42,262 nucleotides of DNA from Sedimentisphaerales bacterium (GTDB lineage Bacteria; Planctomycetota; Phycisphaerae; Sedimentisphaerales; SM23-30), in assembly GCA_963663805.2 (NCBI GenBank), contig CAXXMR010000026.1:1-42262 (forward strand). Direction: 5' to 3'. Each line of letters opens with the position of its first letter. Position 1 is the stretch's first letter. This document shows positions 10,220 to 20,853 of the stretch, one piece after another. The notes beneath the pieces were generated by a model. The model was not told the origin of the DNA. It worked only from the letters and a program-made list of their open reading frames with translations, and did no database searches. The position numbers were made by a program, and so were the translations under genes.

Positions 10220-10254
10220 AGCATGGGCAGGCAGTTTCGCTGTTTGTCCATGCT
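10220..10254 (+). terminator. Intergenic stem-loop (terminator or mRNA-stabilising hairpin)
   Basis: AGCATGGGCAGGCAG-TTTCG-CTGTTTGTCCATGCT, 15-bp stem using G-U pairs, followed by T-rich sequence. Confidence 0.6.
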
Positions 10255-10295
10255 GTTTGTCTAAATATTGGTTTTTTTTGTTGAAGGAAAATGTA

Positions 10296-11135
10296 ATGAA
10301 GTGTGCAAATGTTTTAATTTTGGTTGTGTCTCTGGCCCTGACTTCGGCGGTTGATGCCGGGTTGGTTCAGCATTGGACACTGGATGATTCGGCGGGTACT
10401 TTTACCGAGGGTTTAGGCTATACAGTAATGCCGATAGCTAATGAAGTGGCCGGCGGTTCTCAGGCGATGATTGTTTCGCCTGAAACTCAGCAAAGTGAAG
10501 CTTTGTTTGGTCAGGCCGGGGCTAGTTCTTTGACCGGAACTTCGATTACGCTTAACGGTCGGCATGACGGTATCGAACTGGGTGATGTGGCTCCGGGTAC
10601 TGGTGAATTTACCATTGCTTTCTGGTTTAACACGAATGGGATGCAGTGTTTCAATGACAGTGCCGACCGTTTGATCAGTGCCAACAGAGGTCAGGCGGGT
10701 CGCTGGGAGGTAGCTCTGGTAGGTACTGCCGGACAGACAGAAGATATGACCGTGAATTTTTATCATGCCGACGGAGCCAGTTATAATATTGTTGATGCCG
10801 TGGACGCGGGTCAATGGTATCATGTCGCCATGACTCGTTCTAATGATACTGAGGATAATTACAAGCTTTATCTGAACGGTGTCGAAAAGGCGGTTTTGAC
10901 AGATACGACTGCATTTACCTGTACTGCTGATGCCAATGGTGCTGTGCGGATGGGGCACAAGCTTTCGAATACTACATCTGGTGTTTCGCGTGGCTATAAC
11001 GGCGGATACGATGATATTCGCTTTTATGATACTGCTTTGACTGCTGCGGAAATATCCGCATTGGCAGTGCCGGAGCCGGCGACGATGGTTTTGCTGGGAT
11101 GCGGATTTTTGATTAGACTTCGTAGACGCAGTTAG
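10296..11135 (+). CDS. LamG-domain protein with PEP-CTERM sorting signal
   Basis: C-terminus VPEPATMVLLGCGFLIRLRRRS; LamG domain closely paralogous to the first domain of 8022..10205. Confidence 0.93.
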   Translation: MKCANVLILVVSLALTSAVDAGLVQHWTLDDSAGTFTEGLGYTVMPIANEVAGGSQAMIVSPETQQSEALFGQAGASSLTGTSITLNGRHDGIELGDVAPGTGEFTIAFWFNTNGMQCFNDSADRLISANRGQAGRWEVALVGTAGQTEDMTVNFYHADGASYNIVDAVDAGQWYHVAMTRSNDTEDNYKLYLNGVEKAVLTDTTAFTCTADANGAVRMGHKLSNTTSGVSRGYNGGYDDIRFYDTALTAAEISALAVPEPATMVLLGCGFLIRLRRRS

Positions 11136-11149
11136 GTAATTTTTAATGA

Positions 11150-11184
11150 AGCAAGGGGTCTGTGTTTGGTGCGGATCCCTTGCT
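11150..11184 (+). terminator. Stem-loop after the PEP-CTERM gene
   Basis: AGCAAGGGGTCTGT-GTTTGGT-GCGGATCCCTTGCT followed by CTTGATTT. Confidence 0.6.
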
Positions 11185-11223
11185 CTTGATTTCGAGTATC
11201 AAAATGTTCAGCTGACGGGTTGA

Positions 11224-13607
11224 ATGAGGAATCTTATGAAGTCGTATTTAAGCATCATTTTGCTGGTGGTCGGATTTAGCGGGGGGGGGATATTGACTGA
11301 ATCTGCGATGGCCGAGGATATTGAGCTTGAAGGTTGGCCTGTAAATGGCGCGACTTATGTTGATCCGGTGGAAACTCTTCTGCACTGGCAGCTAAATGGG
11401 TCGGCTGAGCTTGTTGATCATTACAAAATATATTTCAGCTCTGATGAGGCGGCGGTTCAGAATATTTCGGTTACTGCCTATCAAGGCGATGTTGATGTGA
11501 ATGGCACTTTGGAATATGAACCTGACGATTTGGAGCTGGACACTCAATATTATTGGCGAATCAACACGGTTTTGCAGAACAATAGTGTGGTTTATGGCGA
11601 TGTTTGGGAGTTTACTGCCGAAAGAGTGGATGTGCCGGGGATTGTGGTGGCTCATTCGCCTTATGAGAGCGGCATTTATCTGGGGTCAGCGGGGATAGCG
11701 GTATTACCGAACGGTGATTATATCGCGAAGTGTGATGAGTTTGGGCCAAACTCCACGGAGGATACTTTGGCGATTTCGCGGGTTTATGGTTCGCTGGACG
11801 GCGGTCTGAACTGGCAGTTGCGTTCGGTGATTAATGGTTCTATGTGGTCGATACCATTTGTGTATGACGGTGATTTGTATCTGCTGGGAGTAACCTATCA
11901 TCCGGGTGGAGATACTACGATTCGTCGTTCGAGTGAGTGGCGGGTGGACATGGACCGAGCCGCTGGATTCTGGTTCCGGGTATTTGTCGGCTTTGCAGAT
12001 GGCTAATGCTCCGACTTCGGTTATTGAACATAATAATCGGGTGTGGGTGGCGATGACGGATGCGTTGGGGGATAATACTACCGGGCATTGGTGTGCTAAT
12101 AATCGGGTGTTTTTTGATGTCGTTCGCGGTTGGGACTGACCCTTTAGTGGCGAGCAACTGGCAATACAGCCCGAAGCTGGATTATGATGAAGAAGGCTGG
12201 TTTGATTGCGGCTGGCTGGAAGCTGATGTAGTTGTTTCGCCAGCTGGTCGGTTGAGTGCGATTTTGCGACTGGATTACCGGGAAACACCGGAAAAAGCCG
12301 CGTTTGTGGATTTCGGTGTTAATGGCGATACGCCGCGAATGTATCTATCGACGGGATTTCCGACTTTTTACGGCGGCTGTAAGAATTTTACCGTTCTTCA
12401 CGATGAAGAAAGTGATTTATACTGGGCGATGTCGAATCCGGCTTTGCCTGATTACAGTTGGTTTAATGTGGAAAAGACCCGCAATACGCTGGCGTTGATG
12501 TCTTCGCCGGATTTGCAGAACTGGACCATAAGACGAATAGTGTTAAAGCATAATGATCCTGAACATGTCGGGTTTCAGTATCCGCATTTTGTGATTGAGG
12601 GAGATGACATTCTGGCGGCGGTCAGGACGGCTCATGAGGATGGTTTGGGTGGGCCGAACAGTCAGCATAATTCAAATTTTCTGATGTTTCTGCGTATAGA
12701 GAATTTTCGCGACACTCTGGGAGCAGATCTGGTTCAACATTGGAAACTCGATGATGCAGAGAAAAATTTCAGTGGGACCGAATCGATTTCTAATTCGCCT
12801 TTGATTAATTCTGTGAGATATGGTTCTCTGGGTTATCTTACAACGCCCGAAAATCAGCAGGACAAGGTGCTTCTGGAGCAGGATGGCGCTACCGATGCGA
12901 CAGGAAGTTCCATTGCCCTGAACAGTAAATACGATCGTTTGCGGCTGGGATTTATTTCGCCGGATTATGACCACACTGTGATTACTCCTTTTACTATAGC
13001 GTTCTGGTTCAAAACCGATGCGATCAGTAATTATGATGACGGGCCTGATACTTTGATGTCAACGAATACCGGTCAGGATGGTCGTTGGGCGATAGACTTA
13101 ACCGGCACGACCGGTCAGACTGAGGGAGTCAGATTAAACTTTTTTCATGGCGGCGGGACAAGTGCCTATCTACCGGGGGCGATTAATGCGGGGCAATGGT
13201 ATCATGTGGCTTTGACACGATCGTCACTTTCTACGAATAATTATTGCATCTATCTGGATGGTCAGCGGAAGCTTATTTTGACAGATACAGAGCCGTTTAC
13301 TAATTCTACCGATGGGGTTTGGGTGGGACGCAGGCCTATGGGGACGCGTGGCTTTAATGGTCAGATCGATGATATTCGTTTTTATGACGATGCTTTGAGT
13401 GATTTGGAAATCGCGGCGCTTTACACCGACGGCCAGAGCGGCAAAGATGTTTGTGTGGAGTCTTTTCGTCCGCAATATGATGTAAATGGGGATTGTAAGG
13501 TCGATATAAACGACTTTGCTGAGATTGCCGCATTGTGGCTGGAGGGCGATTATTTTGTTTTTTTTTCTGAATGGTTAAAGTGCGGTTTGTATCCGAGCTG
13601 TTTTTAG
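11224..13607 (+). pseudogene. FN3-like + BNR/sialidase-like propeller + LamG + dockerin-like protein, split by two +1 frameshifts (possibly artefactual)
   Basis: ORFs 11224-12006, 11906-12139 and 12060-13607 together align to the C-terminal half of 13700..17194; extra base near 11936 and in the T run at 12110-12115. Confidence 0.85.
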
Positions 13608-13699
13608 TAGTACCATCTTTATTTATCTGTATGTGGCGTTATTTCTTTGAAAAACGGGGTAATAATGTGCCTGTTTCTAATTTTAGAAAGGATGCGAAG

Positions 13700-16600
13700 A
13701 TGAAAAAGCATATGGTAAATTTTGTGTTATTGGTGATTATGTTTGTTTCTGTGGCAAATGGAGCATCTTTAACACATTATTGGCAACTTGATGACAGTAT
13801 AGGAGCTAGCTCGGCCCTAGATGCGATAACTGATGATCTATCTGATGTTGTTTGTACAATTGATTTTCAAGAGCCGGGCAGGGATGGCAGATCTGCTTAT
13901 TTTTACAGCGATTGTGCACGAGTGGAACTGGGCAACGTGGCGCCGGGCGATGATTCGTTTACCATCACATTTTATTTTATGATGAAAAAATTTAATGGTT
14001 TAAATAGTGATCAGGATCATATTCTTTCAGCTAATCAGGGGCAAGATGGACGTTGGGCGATCAATTTATGGGGAGATGGGAGTTATTTAACTTCGACTGG
14101 CGGCAAGCCCAAGCTTAATTTTTGGCAGAACACTTATGGTGGGGCTGATTTGACTGCGACTGTTGATAGTGATCGTTGGTATCATGTCGCTATAACTCGT
14201 GATATGAATTTGACCTCTGATAATTTTAAGTTATATTTGGATGGGGTTCTGATCCATACGGGAACCAATCTCAATGCATTTACTCAGGGCAGCAACGGTG
14301 TCTGGTTAGGGCGTCGTCCTAATTATCAGTCGGCGTTTGACGGCTGGATAGATGATGTCAAGCTTTTTGACGATGCCTTAACTGTTGATGAGATAGGTGA
14401 TTTGCTGATTCATGACCATTACTGGTCATTAGACGACGAGTTTGGGGCGGTCACAGCCCGGGATAAAATAACGGATAACTTTGCCGCTGTTGAACCTGCC
14501 GATCCGAATAAACTTGACTTTGAGCATCCGGGAGTGGACGGATATTCAGCTTATTTCTTCGATGATTATGTGCGTATTAATCTGGGGGAGGTAGCTCCGC
14601 AGGATAGTTCTTTTTCGATGGCGTTTTTCTTTAAGATGCGGGAGTTTAATAGTATAAATAACGATCAGGATCACATTCTTTCCGCTCATCAGTCTCAGGA
14701 TGGCCGTTGGTCGGTGAGTTTATGGGGCGATCAGACATATCTTGATTCCACGGGCGGGAAGCCGAAACTGTTGTTTTGGCAAAATACTTATGGCGGGGCT
14801 GATTTGACTGCGACTGTTGATAGTGATCGTTGGTATCATGTTGTATTAACACGTGATGCGGATTTGACAAGTAATAATTTTAAAATATACCTGGACGGGG
14901 TATTGGTACATACCGGAACGAATACCGGTACTTTTACGCAGGGTGAAAATGGTGTCTGGTTGGGGCGTCGCCCTAATTATCAATCAGGTTTTGATGGCTG
15001 GATAGATGAGGTAAGGTTTTTCAATGAATGTTTGACTGCTTCTGAGATATATGACCTTGCGACGCCTTTGCAGTTGCTTGAGTCCCCGGTTTGTGATTCC
15101 ACGTTTATTGATCCATCTCAGGTGCATTTGCGTTGGGAGTTATGCAATCCAATTGTGCCGGTTGACAAGTATCGAGTTTATTTCAGCGATAGCCTTTGGG
15201 CAGTGCAATCTCGTTTAACTTCATCTTATAAGGGTGAAATTTCAGCGACGGCGACTTTAGCGTACAATGTTGGCAATTTGAGTTATGACGACGATTATTA
15301 TTGGTGTATTGATACGGTGCTGGATGATTTCAGTGTTGTTTCCGGGAATATCTGGGAGTTTGCGACTGAACCTGTAGAGGTTCCTGGGGTAGTCATTGCT
15401 CACTCTTACGGTTCTACTGGAATATATTATGGCTCACCATGTATTGTGGTTTTGCCGAATGGAGACTATGTAGCAACATATGATGAATTCGGTCCAAACA
15501 GCACAGAAAGTGATCCGAGTTTAAAAGCCAAGTCGCATGTATTTTCTTCCAGCGATCAAGGTTGTACCTGGAAATATCTATCCACAATCGATTCTATGTG
15601 GGGCAGTTTGTTTGTGCATGATGGATTTCTTTATCATATAGGTTGTGATTATCATCCTGGTGGTGATACTGTCATAAGACGTTCAACCAACAACGGGTGG
15701 AGCTGGACATATCCTGTTAGTTCTAATTGGGGGTTGTTATCGACATTGCAATTATCCAATGCTCCCACAACAACCATTTCGCATGGTGGTCGGATATGGT
15801 TATCTATGACTGATGCTCTTGGTTCTGGCTCTGCAAGTATTTTGGGATCCACAAACAGGATATTCTTGATGTCTTTTGATGAAGACGACAACCCTCTGGC
15901 GGCATCAAATTGGAGTTATACCCAGAATATTGATTTTGATGAAGTTAACTGGTTTTCGGGTGGCTGGCTGGAAAGCATTGCAGCGGTTTCTCCTGACGGT
16001 CATTTGGTTGCTTTGCCACGTGTCTATGATCCCAGTGTGCCAGAAAAATCAGCGATCATAGATTATGGTACGGATGGCAGTTCATTGATTTTTAGTTCCT
16101 CTACAGATTTCACTGATTTTTATGGTGGCTGTAAGAAGTTTACTGTTCGTTATGATAGTACAAGCGATTTGTATTGGGCATTGTCAAATCCTGCATTTAA
16201 CGAAGATTATGATGTTGAAAAGACTCGAAATGCTTTAGCAATTATGTCTTCGTCAGATATGATTAATTGGATCACGCATAAAGTATTGCTTTTCGATAGT
16301 GACTATTATCATACTGGTTTCCAGTATCCGTATTTTGTGGTTGAGGGTGATGATATACTTTCAGTAATTCGTGCGGCTTATGCTGATGGAACCGACCGGA
16401 GTGATATTAGCCAGCATAATTCCAATTATATGATATTTTACCGAATCGAGAATTTTCGAGATGTGCGTGATGCTGATTTAGTTCAGCATTGGAAGCTTGA
16501 TGAAACGGTTAAAAATTTCAGCGGTACAGGTTCTATTACCAATATGCCGTTGACTAATGAGATAAGCGGCGGTTCCCAAGCCTATATTACCACCCCTGAA

Positions 16601-17194
16601 GATCAACAGAATATGGTTTTGCTGGGGCAGACCGGGGCGGTAAGCGGCACCTCGATAGCGCTTAACAGTCGGTATGATAGAATAAGATTGGGCGATGTGG
16701 CCCCTGATCCCGAGTTACCTGACTCGGATAAGCCCTGGGCCAATCCGTTCACTATTGCCTTCTGGTTTAAGACTTCTGCGATTAACAACTACGATGGTGG
16801 ACCGGATACGATTATGTCCACAAATACCGGCCAAACTGGTCGCTGGGCTATTGATTTGACCGGGGCAACCGACCAAACTACTGATATTGATATTAATTTT
16901 TTCCATGCCGGAGGCGCAACGGTTACGTTTACTGATGCTATTGATGCCGGTCAATGGTATCATGTTGCGATGACGCGATCGCTGAGTACTTCAAATAATT
17001 ACAGGATATATCTGGATGGTGTTTTGCAGAGTACTTTGACCGACATTGTCGCGTTTACAAATTCTTCAGACGGTGTTTGGGTAGGCAGGCGGCCTGCTGT
17101 TGGCACCAGAGGATTTAATGGTGCAATAGACGACATTCGCATTTATAATAACTCTCTCACTAATGATGAAGTTTGGAATTTGAGTCATCCGTAG
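13700..17194 (+). CDS. Secreted multidomain protein: 2x LamG, FN3-like, BNR/sialidase-like propeller, LamG
   Basis: Asp boxes SSDQGCTW and STNNGWSW; GFQYP and HNSNY motifs; near-identical tandem LamG pair; AGAAAGGA before ATG 13700. Confidence 0.88.
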   Translation: MKKHMVNFVLLVIMFVSVANGASLTHYWQLDDSIGASSALDAITDDLSDVVCTIDFQEPGRDGRSAYFYSDCARVELGNVAPGDDSFTITFYFMMKKFNGLNSDQDHILSANQGQDGRWAINLWGDGSYLTSTGGKPKLNFWQNTYGGADLTATVDSDRWYHVAITRDMNLTSDNFKLYLDGVLIHTGTNLNAFTQGSNGVWLGRRPNYQSAFDGWIDDVKLFDDALTVDEIGDLLIHDHYWSLDDEFGAVTARDKITDNFAAVEPADPNKLDFEHPGVDGYSAYFFDDYVRINLGEVAPQDSSFSMAFFFKMREFNSINNDQDHILSAHQSQDGRWSVSLWGDQTYLDSTGGKPKLLFWQNTYGGADLTATVDSDRWYHVVLTRDADLTSNNFKIYLDGVLVHTGTNTGTFTQGENGVWLGRRPNYQSGFDGWIDEVRFFNECLTASEIYDLATPLQLLESPVCDSTFIDPSQVHLRWELCNPIVPVDKYRVYFSDSLWAVQSRLTSSYKGEISATATLAYNVGNLSYDDDYYWCIDTVLDDFSVVSGNIWEFATEPVEVPGVVIAHSYGSTGIYYGSPCIVVLPNGDYVATYDEFGPNSTESDPSLKAKSHVFSSSDQGCTWKYLSTIDSMWGSLFVHDGFLYHIGCDYHPGGDTVIRRSTNNGWSWTYPVSSNWGLLSTLQLSNAPTTTISHGGRIWLSMTDALGSGSASILGSTNRIFLMSFDEDDNPLAASNWSYTQNIDFDEVNWFSGGWLESIAAVSPDGHLVALPRVYDPSVPEKSAIIDYGTDGSSLIFSSSTDFTDFYGGCKKFTVRYDSTSDLYWALSNPAFNEDYDVEKTRNALAIMSSSDMINWITHKVLLFDSDYYHTGFQYPYFVVEGDDILSVIRAAYADGTDRSDISQHNSNYMIFYRIENFRDVRDADLVQHWKLDETVKNFSGTGSITNMPLTNEISGGSQAYITTPEDQQNMVLLGQTGAVSGTSIALNSRYDRIRLGDVAPDPELPDSDKPWANPFTIAFWFKTSAINNYDGGPDTIMSTNTGQTGRWAIDLTGATDQTTDIDINFFHAGGATVTFTDAIDAGQWYHVAMTRSLSTSNNYRIYLDGVLQSTLTDIVAFTNSSDGVWVGRRPAVGTRGFNGAIDDIRIYNNSLTNDEVWNLSHP

Positions 17195-17221
17195 CAATTC
17201 AATCTTAGGAAAGGAATAAGT

Positions 17222-19528
17222 ATGAAAATCTGCTGGTTGGCAATTTTGGTTATCGCGATTTTGGGTATTCCGATGGTTTGTCAGGGACAGATTGATAATG
17301 TTCCGGGTGCTACTATTTTTTACTCACGCAACTCTGATGGTATCTATCTGGGATCCCCTGGGATTGTTATTCTGCCGAATGGTGATTATCTTGCCAAATA
17401 TGATGAATATGGTCCGAAATCCACTTTTGAAACCTCTGCTGTGACCCATGTTTTTGTTTCGGAAGACCGGGGCGAGACCTGGTCGCATCGGGCGCGGGTT
17501 CAGGGGCTGTTCTGGTCCACGTTGTTCTTGCATAATGACGATTTGTATATGCTGGGAACGCATAAAAGGTTTGGTGATATTGTAATATTTTGCTCGCAAG
17601 ACGGCGGGGAAACCTGGACGACTCCAAAAGACCACAAAAGCGGGCTGTTGAAAAATGATGCTCAGTATCATACGGCGCCGGTGCCGATCCTGATACATAA
17701 AGGTCGGATCTGGCGGCCGATGGAGCGTTTGGGGGTTCGTGATAAGTGGGGTACTTTTGAGGCGGGCATGATGAGTGCCGCGGTAGATGCCGATTTGCTG
17801 GATGCTGAGAGTTGGTGTTATACGAATTTTCTGCCGGTGCCCAAGGGTAGTCCTGTCAAACACTGGCTGGAAGGTAATCCCGCACTGACACCTGATGGCA
17901 AGGTTGTCAATATTTTACGGACAGGACACAAGGGGCCGATGGAAAAGGCAGTGCTGCTTGAGGTCAGCGATGATGGCAAGTCCATAAGTTTTGATGAGCA
18001 GACAGGCCTGATCGATATGCCCGGGGCGGGTGATAAGAAATTTACGATTCGTTATGACGAGCAAACTAAACGGTACTGGTCGCTGGTTAATCCTATGCTT
18101 CCAGCCCACACTCAGGATAAACCGGCATCGATACGTAATGCCCTGGCAATTGTCTCCTCGGATGATTTGCGGAACTGGCAAATGCACAAAGTCCTGCTGT
18201 ACCATCTTGACACTAAGAAACACGCTTTCCAGTATCCGGACTGGGTTTATGACGGCAAAGATATAATAGCAGCAATTCGTATGGCACATGATGACCAGTG
18301 TGACGGGACGCACTGGCATAATGCCAATTATTTTTCGTTTTATCGTATAAGCAATTTCAGAGATCTGCAGAAAGAAGAACCAGAGATGAAGTATTGTCAA
18401 ACAAGATGGACTACCGGGAAGGCCTGGGAATGGTATAACCGCCATAGTTGGCTGGTGGGTTGCAATTTTACGCCTTCTACCGCGATTAATCAGTTGGAAA
18501 TGTGGCAGAAAGATACCTTTGATCCCGAAACCATAGACCGGGAATTGGGCTGGGCGCATGATATTGGTATGAATTTTATGCGTGTTTTTCTGCATGATCT
18601 TTTATGGCAGCAGGACTCTAAGGGTTTCATCGAGCGTATCGATAAATATCTCGAAATCGCCGACAAACATCAGATTAAGACCATGTTTGTTTTCTTCGAT
18701 AGTTGCTGGAACCCGTACCCCGAACTTGGCAGGCAGCCGGAGCCGACTCCGCACTTACATAATTCCGGGTGGGTTCAGTCTCCTTCGTTGAATATATTGA
18801 AAGATTTGTCCCGCCATGATGAACTGAAAGATTATATCGTTGGTATTCTGACGCGTTTCAAAGATGATCCGCGTGTTCTGACCTGGGATTTGTATAACGA
18901 GCCCGGCAACAGGAGCCCGGACTCTTATGGCCATCTTCAGCCCAAAAACAAAGCTGAGATGTCGCTGGCTCTGCTGCAAAAAGTTTTTCAGTGGTCTCGC
19001 CAGGTGAACCCTTCGCAGCCGCTGACGACCTGTGCCTGGTGCTGGGACTGGGAGAAGGGCAAATGTGCTTCGCCTATCCTTCAGTGTATTTTTGAAAACT
19101 CGGATATTAATACCTTCCATAGCTATCTGCCGCCGGAAGAGGCTCAGGCCCAGGCTCTGCAATTGCAAGAATACGGCCGGCCGGTTATTTGCACCGAATT
19201 CCTCATTAGAACTCGCGGTCAGACTTTCCTGACCATGCTGCCGTTCTTTAAGGAACACAATATGGGTGCTTGTAACTGGGGTTTCGTAGCCGGCAAAACT
19301 CAGACAAATTACCCCTGGGATTCCTGGCAAGTAACATATACCGAAGAGCCCGACCCTTGGTTCCATGACCTGCTCTATAGAGACGGCACATATTACCGCC
19401 CCGAGGAAATCAAGCTTTTACAAAAGATGCGTAAAGAGATGAAATCAAAAAAGAAGCCGATCTCCCAAATTGAAAACGTTGGTGAGAAGCCGCTAAACGC
19501 AACGCTCGTAAAAGTAAGAACCTTGTAA
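17222..19528 (+). CDS. BNR/sialidase-like domain fused to clan GH-A (GH5-like) glycoside hydrolase
   Basis: Asp boxes SEDRGETW and SQDGGETW; C-terminal half has AINQLEMWQ, MRVFLH, WDLYNEP (acid/base) and VICTEF (nucleophile). Confidence 0.85.
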   Translation: MKICWLAILVIAILGIPMVCQGQIDNVPGATIFYSRNSDGIYLGSPGIVILPNGDYLAKYDEYGPKSTFETSAVTHVFVSEDRGETWSHRARVQGLFWSTLFLHNDDLYMLGTHKRFGDIVIFCSQDGGETWTTPKDHKSGLLKNDAQYHTAPVPILIHKGRIWRPMERLGVRDKWGTFEAGMMSAAVDADLLDAESWCYTNFLPVPKGSPVKHWLEGNPALTPDGKVVNILRTGHKGPMEKAVLLEVSDDGKSISFDEQTGLIDMPGAGDKKFTIRYDEQTKRYWSLVNPMLPAHTQDKPASIRNALAIVSSDDLRNWQMHKVLLYHLDTKKHAFQYPDWVYDGKDIIAAIRMAHDDQCDGTHWHNANYFSFYRISNFRDLQKEEPEMKYCQTRWTTGKAWEWYNRHSWLVGCNFTPSTAINQLEMWQKDTFDPETIDRELGWAHDIGMNFMRVFLHDLLWQQDSKGFIERIDKYLEIADKHQIKTMFVFFDSCWNPYPELGRQPEPTPHLHNSGWVQSPSLNILKDLSRHDELKDYIVGILTRFKDDPRVLTWDLYNEPGNRSPDSYGHLQPKNKAEMSLALLQKVFQWSRQVNPSQPLTTCAWCWDWEKGKCASPILQCIFENSDINTFHSYLPPEEAQAQALQLQEYGRPVICTEFLIRTRGQTFLTMLPFFKEHNMGACNWGFVAGKTQTNYPWDSWQVTYTEEPDPWFHDLLYRDGTYYRPEEIKLLQKMRKEMKSKKKPISQIENVGEKPLNATLVKVRTL

Positions 19529-19684
19529 GGTTCCGGTAAACTACACCCCGGTTGGCGGATACTTTGTCGGGGTTTGGGTGGGTTAGCTTTTTGGGGCTTT
19601 CCAGTTGGCGGGCAGGAGGGTATCGATTTGATTGGCGGGGGTGGTAGTGATTTTTCTCAGGACATCATTAAAATACGCGAATGG

Positions 19685-19959
19685 GCTCCCCGAAACATAC
19701 GAATTTCGGAATTGCTAAAATGATTAACGCACCTTTCCAACTCGGGACCCCGATGCCAACCAAAAAAGCCTGCGCTCTACGTTTTATAAATACTTATAAA
19801 TAAATGCCTTATGCCACACTAGCATTTTTGCGTTATTTTGTCTCATTTTTCAAGCAACAATCTGGGCGTGTCAAAAACTAATCCCTTTGACTTGGTTTTC
19901 CGGAGCTCACCCGCCCCAAGCGACGCTTCCAACCAAAATATACCGCTATATTTGCTAAA
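19685..19959 (+). repeat. Non-coding dispersed repeat, copy 2 (continues at 20553-20562 and 25558-25584)
   Basis: Colinear with 880-1155; interrupted by IS200 and by the IS91-like element. Confidence 0.88.
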
Positions 19960-19960
19960 T

Positions 19961-20552
19961 CCAAGCTAATCCACCGGCTCTGCCGGTGAGAATTTATAAG
20001 GCTCTGCCGTTAAGTGCGTTACAATGGTCCTCCTTGAGGAAGGCTCCTGGGGTCAAGGAGGACACTATGAAAGACTGGCAGAGTCAGGCCCATGTAAAAT
20101 GGGACTGTAAGTATCATGTTGTTATTGTACCCAAATATCGTCGCAAAGCAATATTTGGTAAGTTGCGAAAGGAAATAGGTGCGATATTGCGAGAATTGTG
20201 CCGCCAATATGGGATAGAGCTTATAGAAGGTAACGCCATGGCAGACCATATTCATATGCTCCTGAGCGTTCCGCCCAAGTACAGCATCGCTATGACCATC
20301 GGTTATCTCAAAGGTAAAAGTGCCATCCGGATTTCTCGTGATCTGATGCGTACCAAAGGCACTCTCTTTGGCCGCAGTTTTTGGTCTCGCGGTTATTGTG
20401 TAAGTACCGTTGGTCTTGATGAAGCCCATATTCGTAAGTACATTCAAGATCAGGACAAGCATGAGCAAAATATTGAAAAAGGATTAGACTAACTGTAATG
20501 GCCCCTTTTAGGGGCCTTCCTCATACCACCGGCTCTGCCGGTGGTCATTGAT
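19961..20552 (+). mobile_element. IS200/IS605-family element (tnpA only)
   Basis: Subterminal hairpins CACCGGC-TCT-GCCGGTG at 19972-19988 and 20527-20543; the flanks rejoin to match the empty site GCTAAGTATGCTAACT in repeat copy 1 (boundaries +/-1 nt); no TSD. Confidence 0.9.
20067..20492 (+). CDS. tnpA: IS200/IS605 Y1 transposase
   Basis: YHVVIVPKYRR, HUH motif DHIHML, FWSRGYCVSTVG, IRKYIQDQ; GGAGG before ATG 20067. Confidence 0.95.
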   Translation: MKDWQSQAHVKWDCKYHVVIVPKYRRKAIFGKLRKEIGAILRELCRQYGIELIEGNAMADHIHMLLSVPPKYSIAMTIGYLKGKSAIRISRDLMRTKGTLFGRSFWSRGYCVSTVGLDEAHIRKYIQDQDKHEQNIEKGLD

Positions 20553-20853
20553 TATGCTAACTAATTATGGTTTTTCGAGGCGTTTTACCGCCTTGAAAAC
20601 CTAGTTGTACTGAACGCGTGGGTTGGTTGGGTGTTTCGAAGCGTTTTTTGGGTTGGTGTTTTGGGCGTTTTTTATGTTTCTGCGGGTATCGGCATCATGC
20701 TTTTTGCGAGCTTTGGTCTCTTCGGCGCATACCGGTGACGTAGTCCCGAACTTTGTGGTTCATTCCGGGCGATTTTGTTCGCTGGGTCATTGTTCGATGT
20801 GATGGCAAAAGATGTTCAAGACCATGGCGGCTTACGGACTGCGGGCTCGGTGT

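Noticed and set aside
8022..17194. Diversity-generating retroelement template/variable repeats among LamG paralogues
   Set aside because: No reverse transcriptase; differences are not adenine-specific and all copies are coding.
19961..20552. TnpB/IscB RNA-guided system
   Set aside because: The element holds only tnpA; there is no room or ORF for a nuclease.
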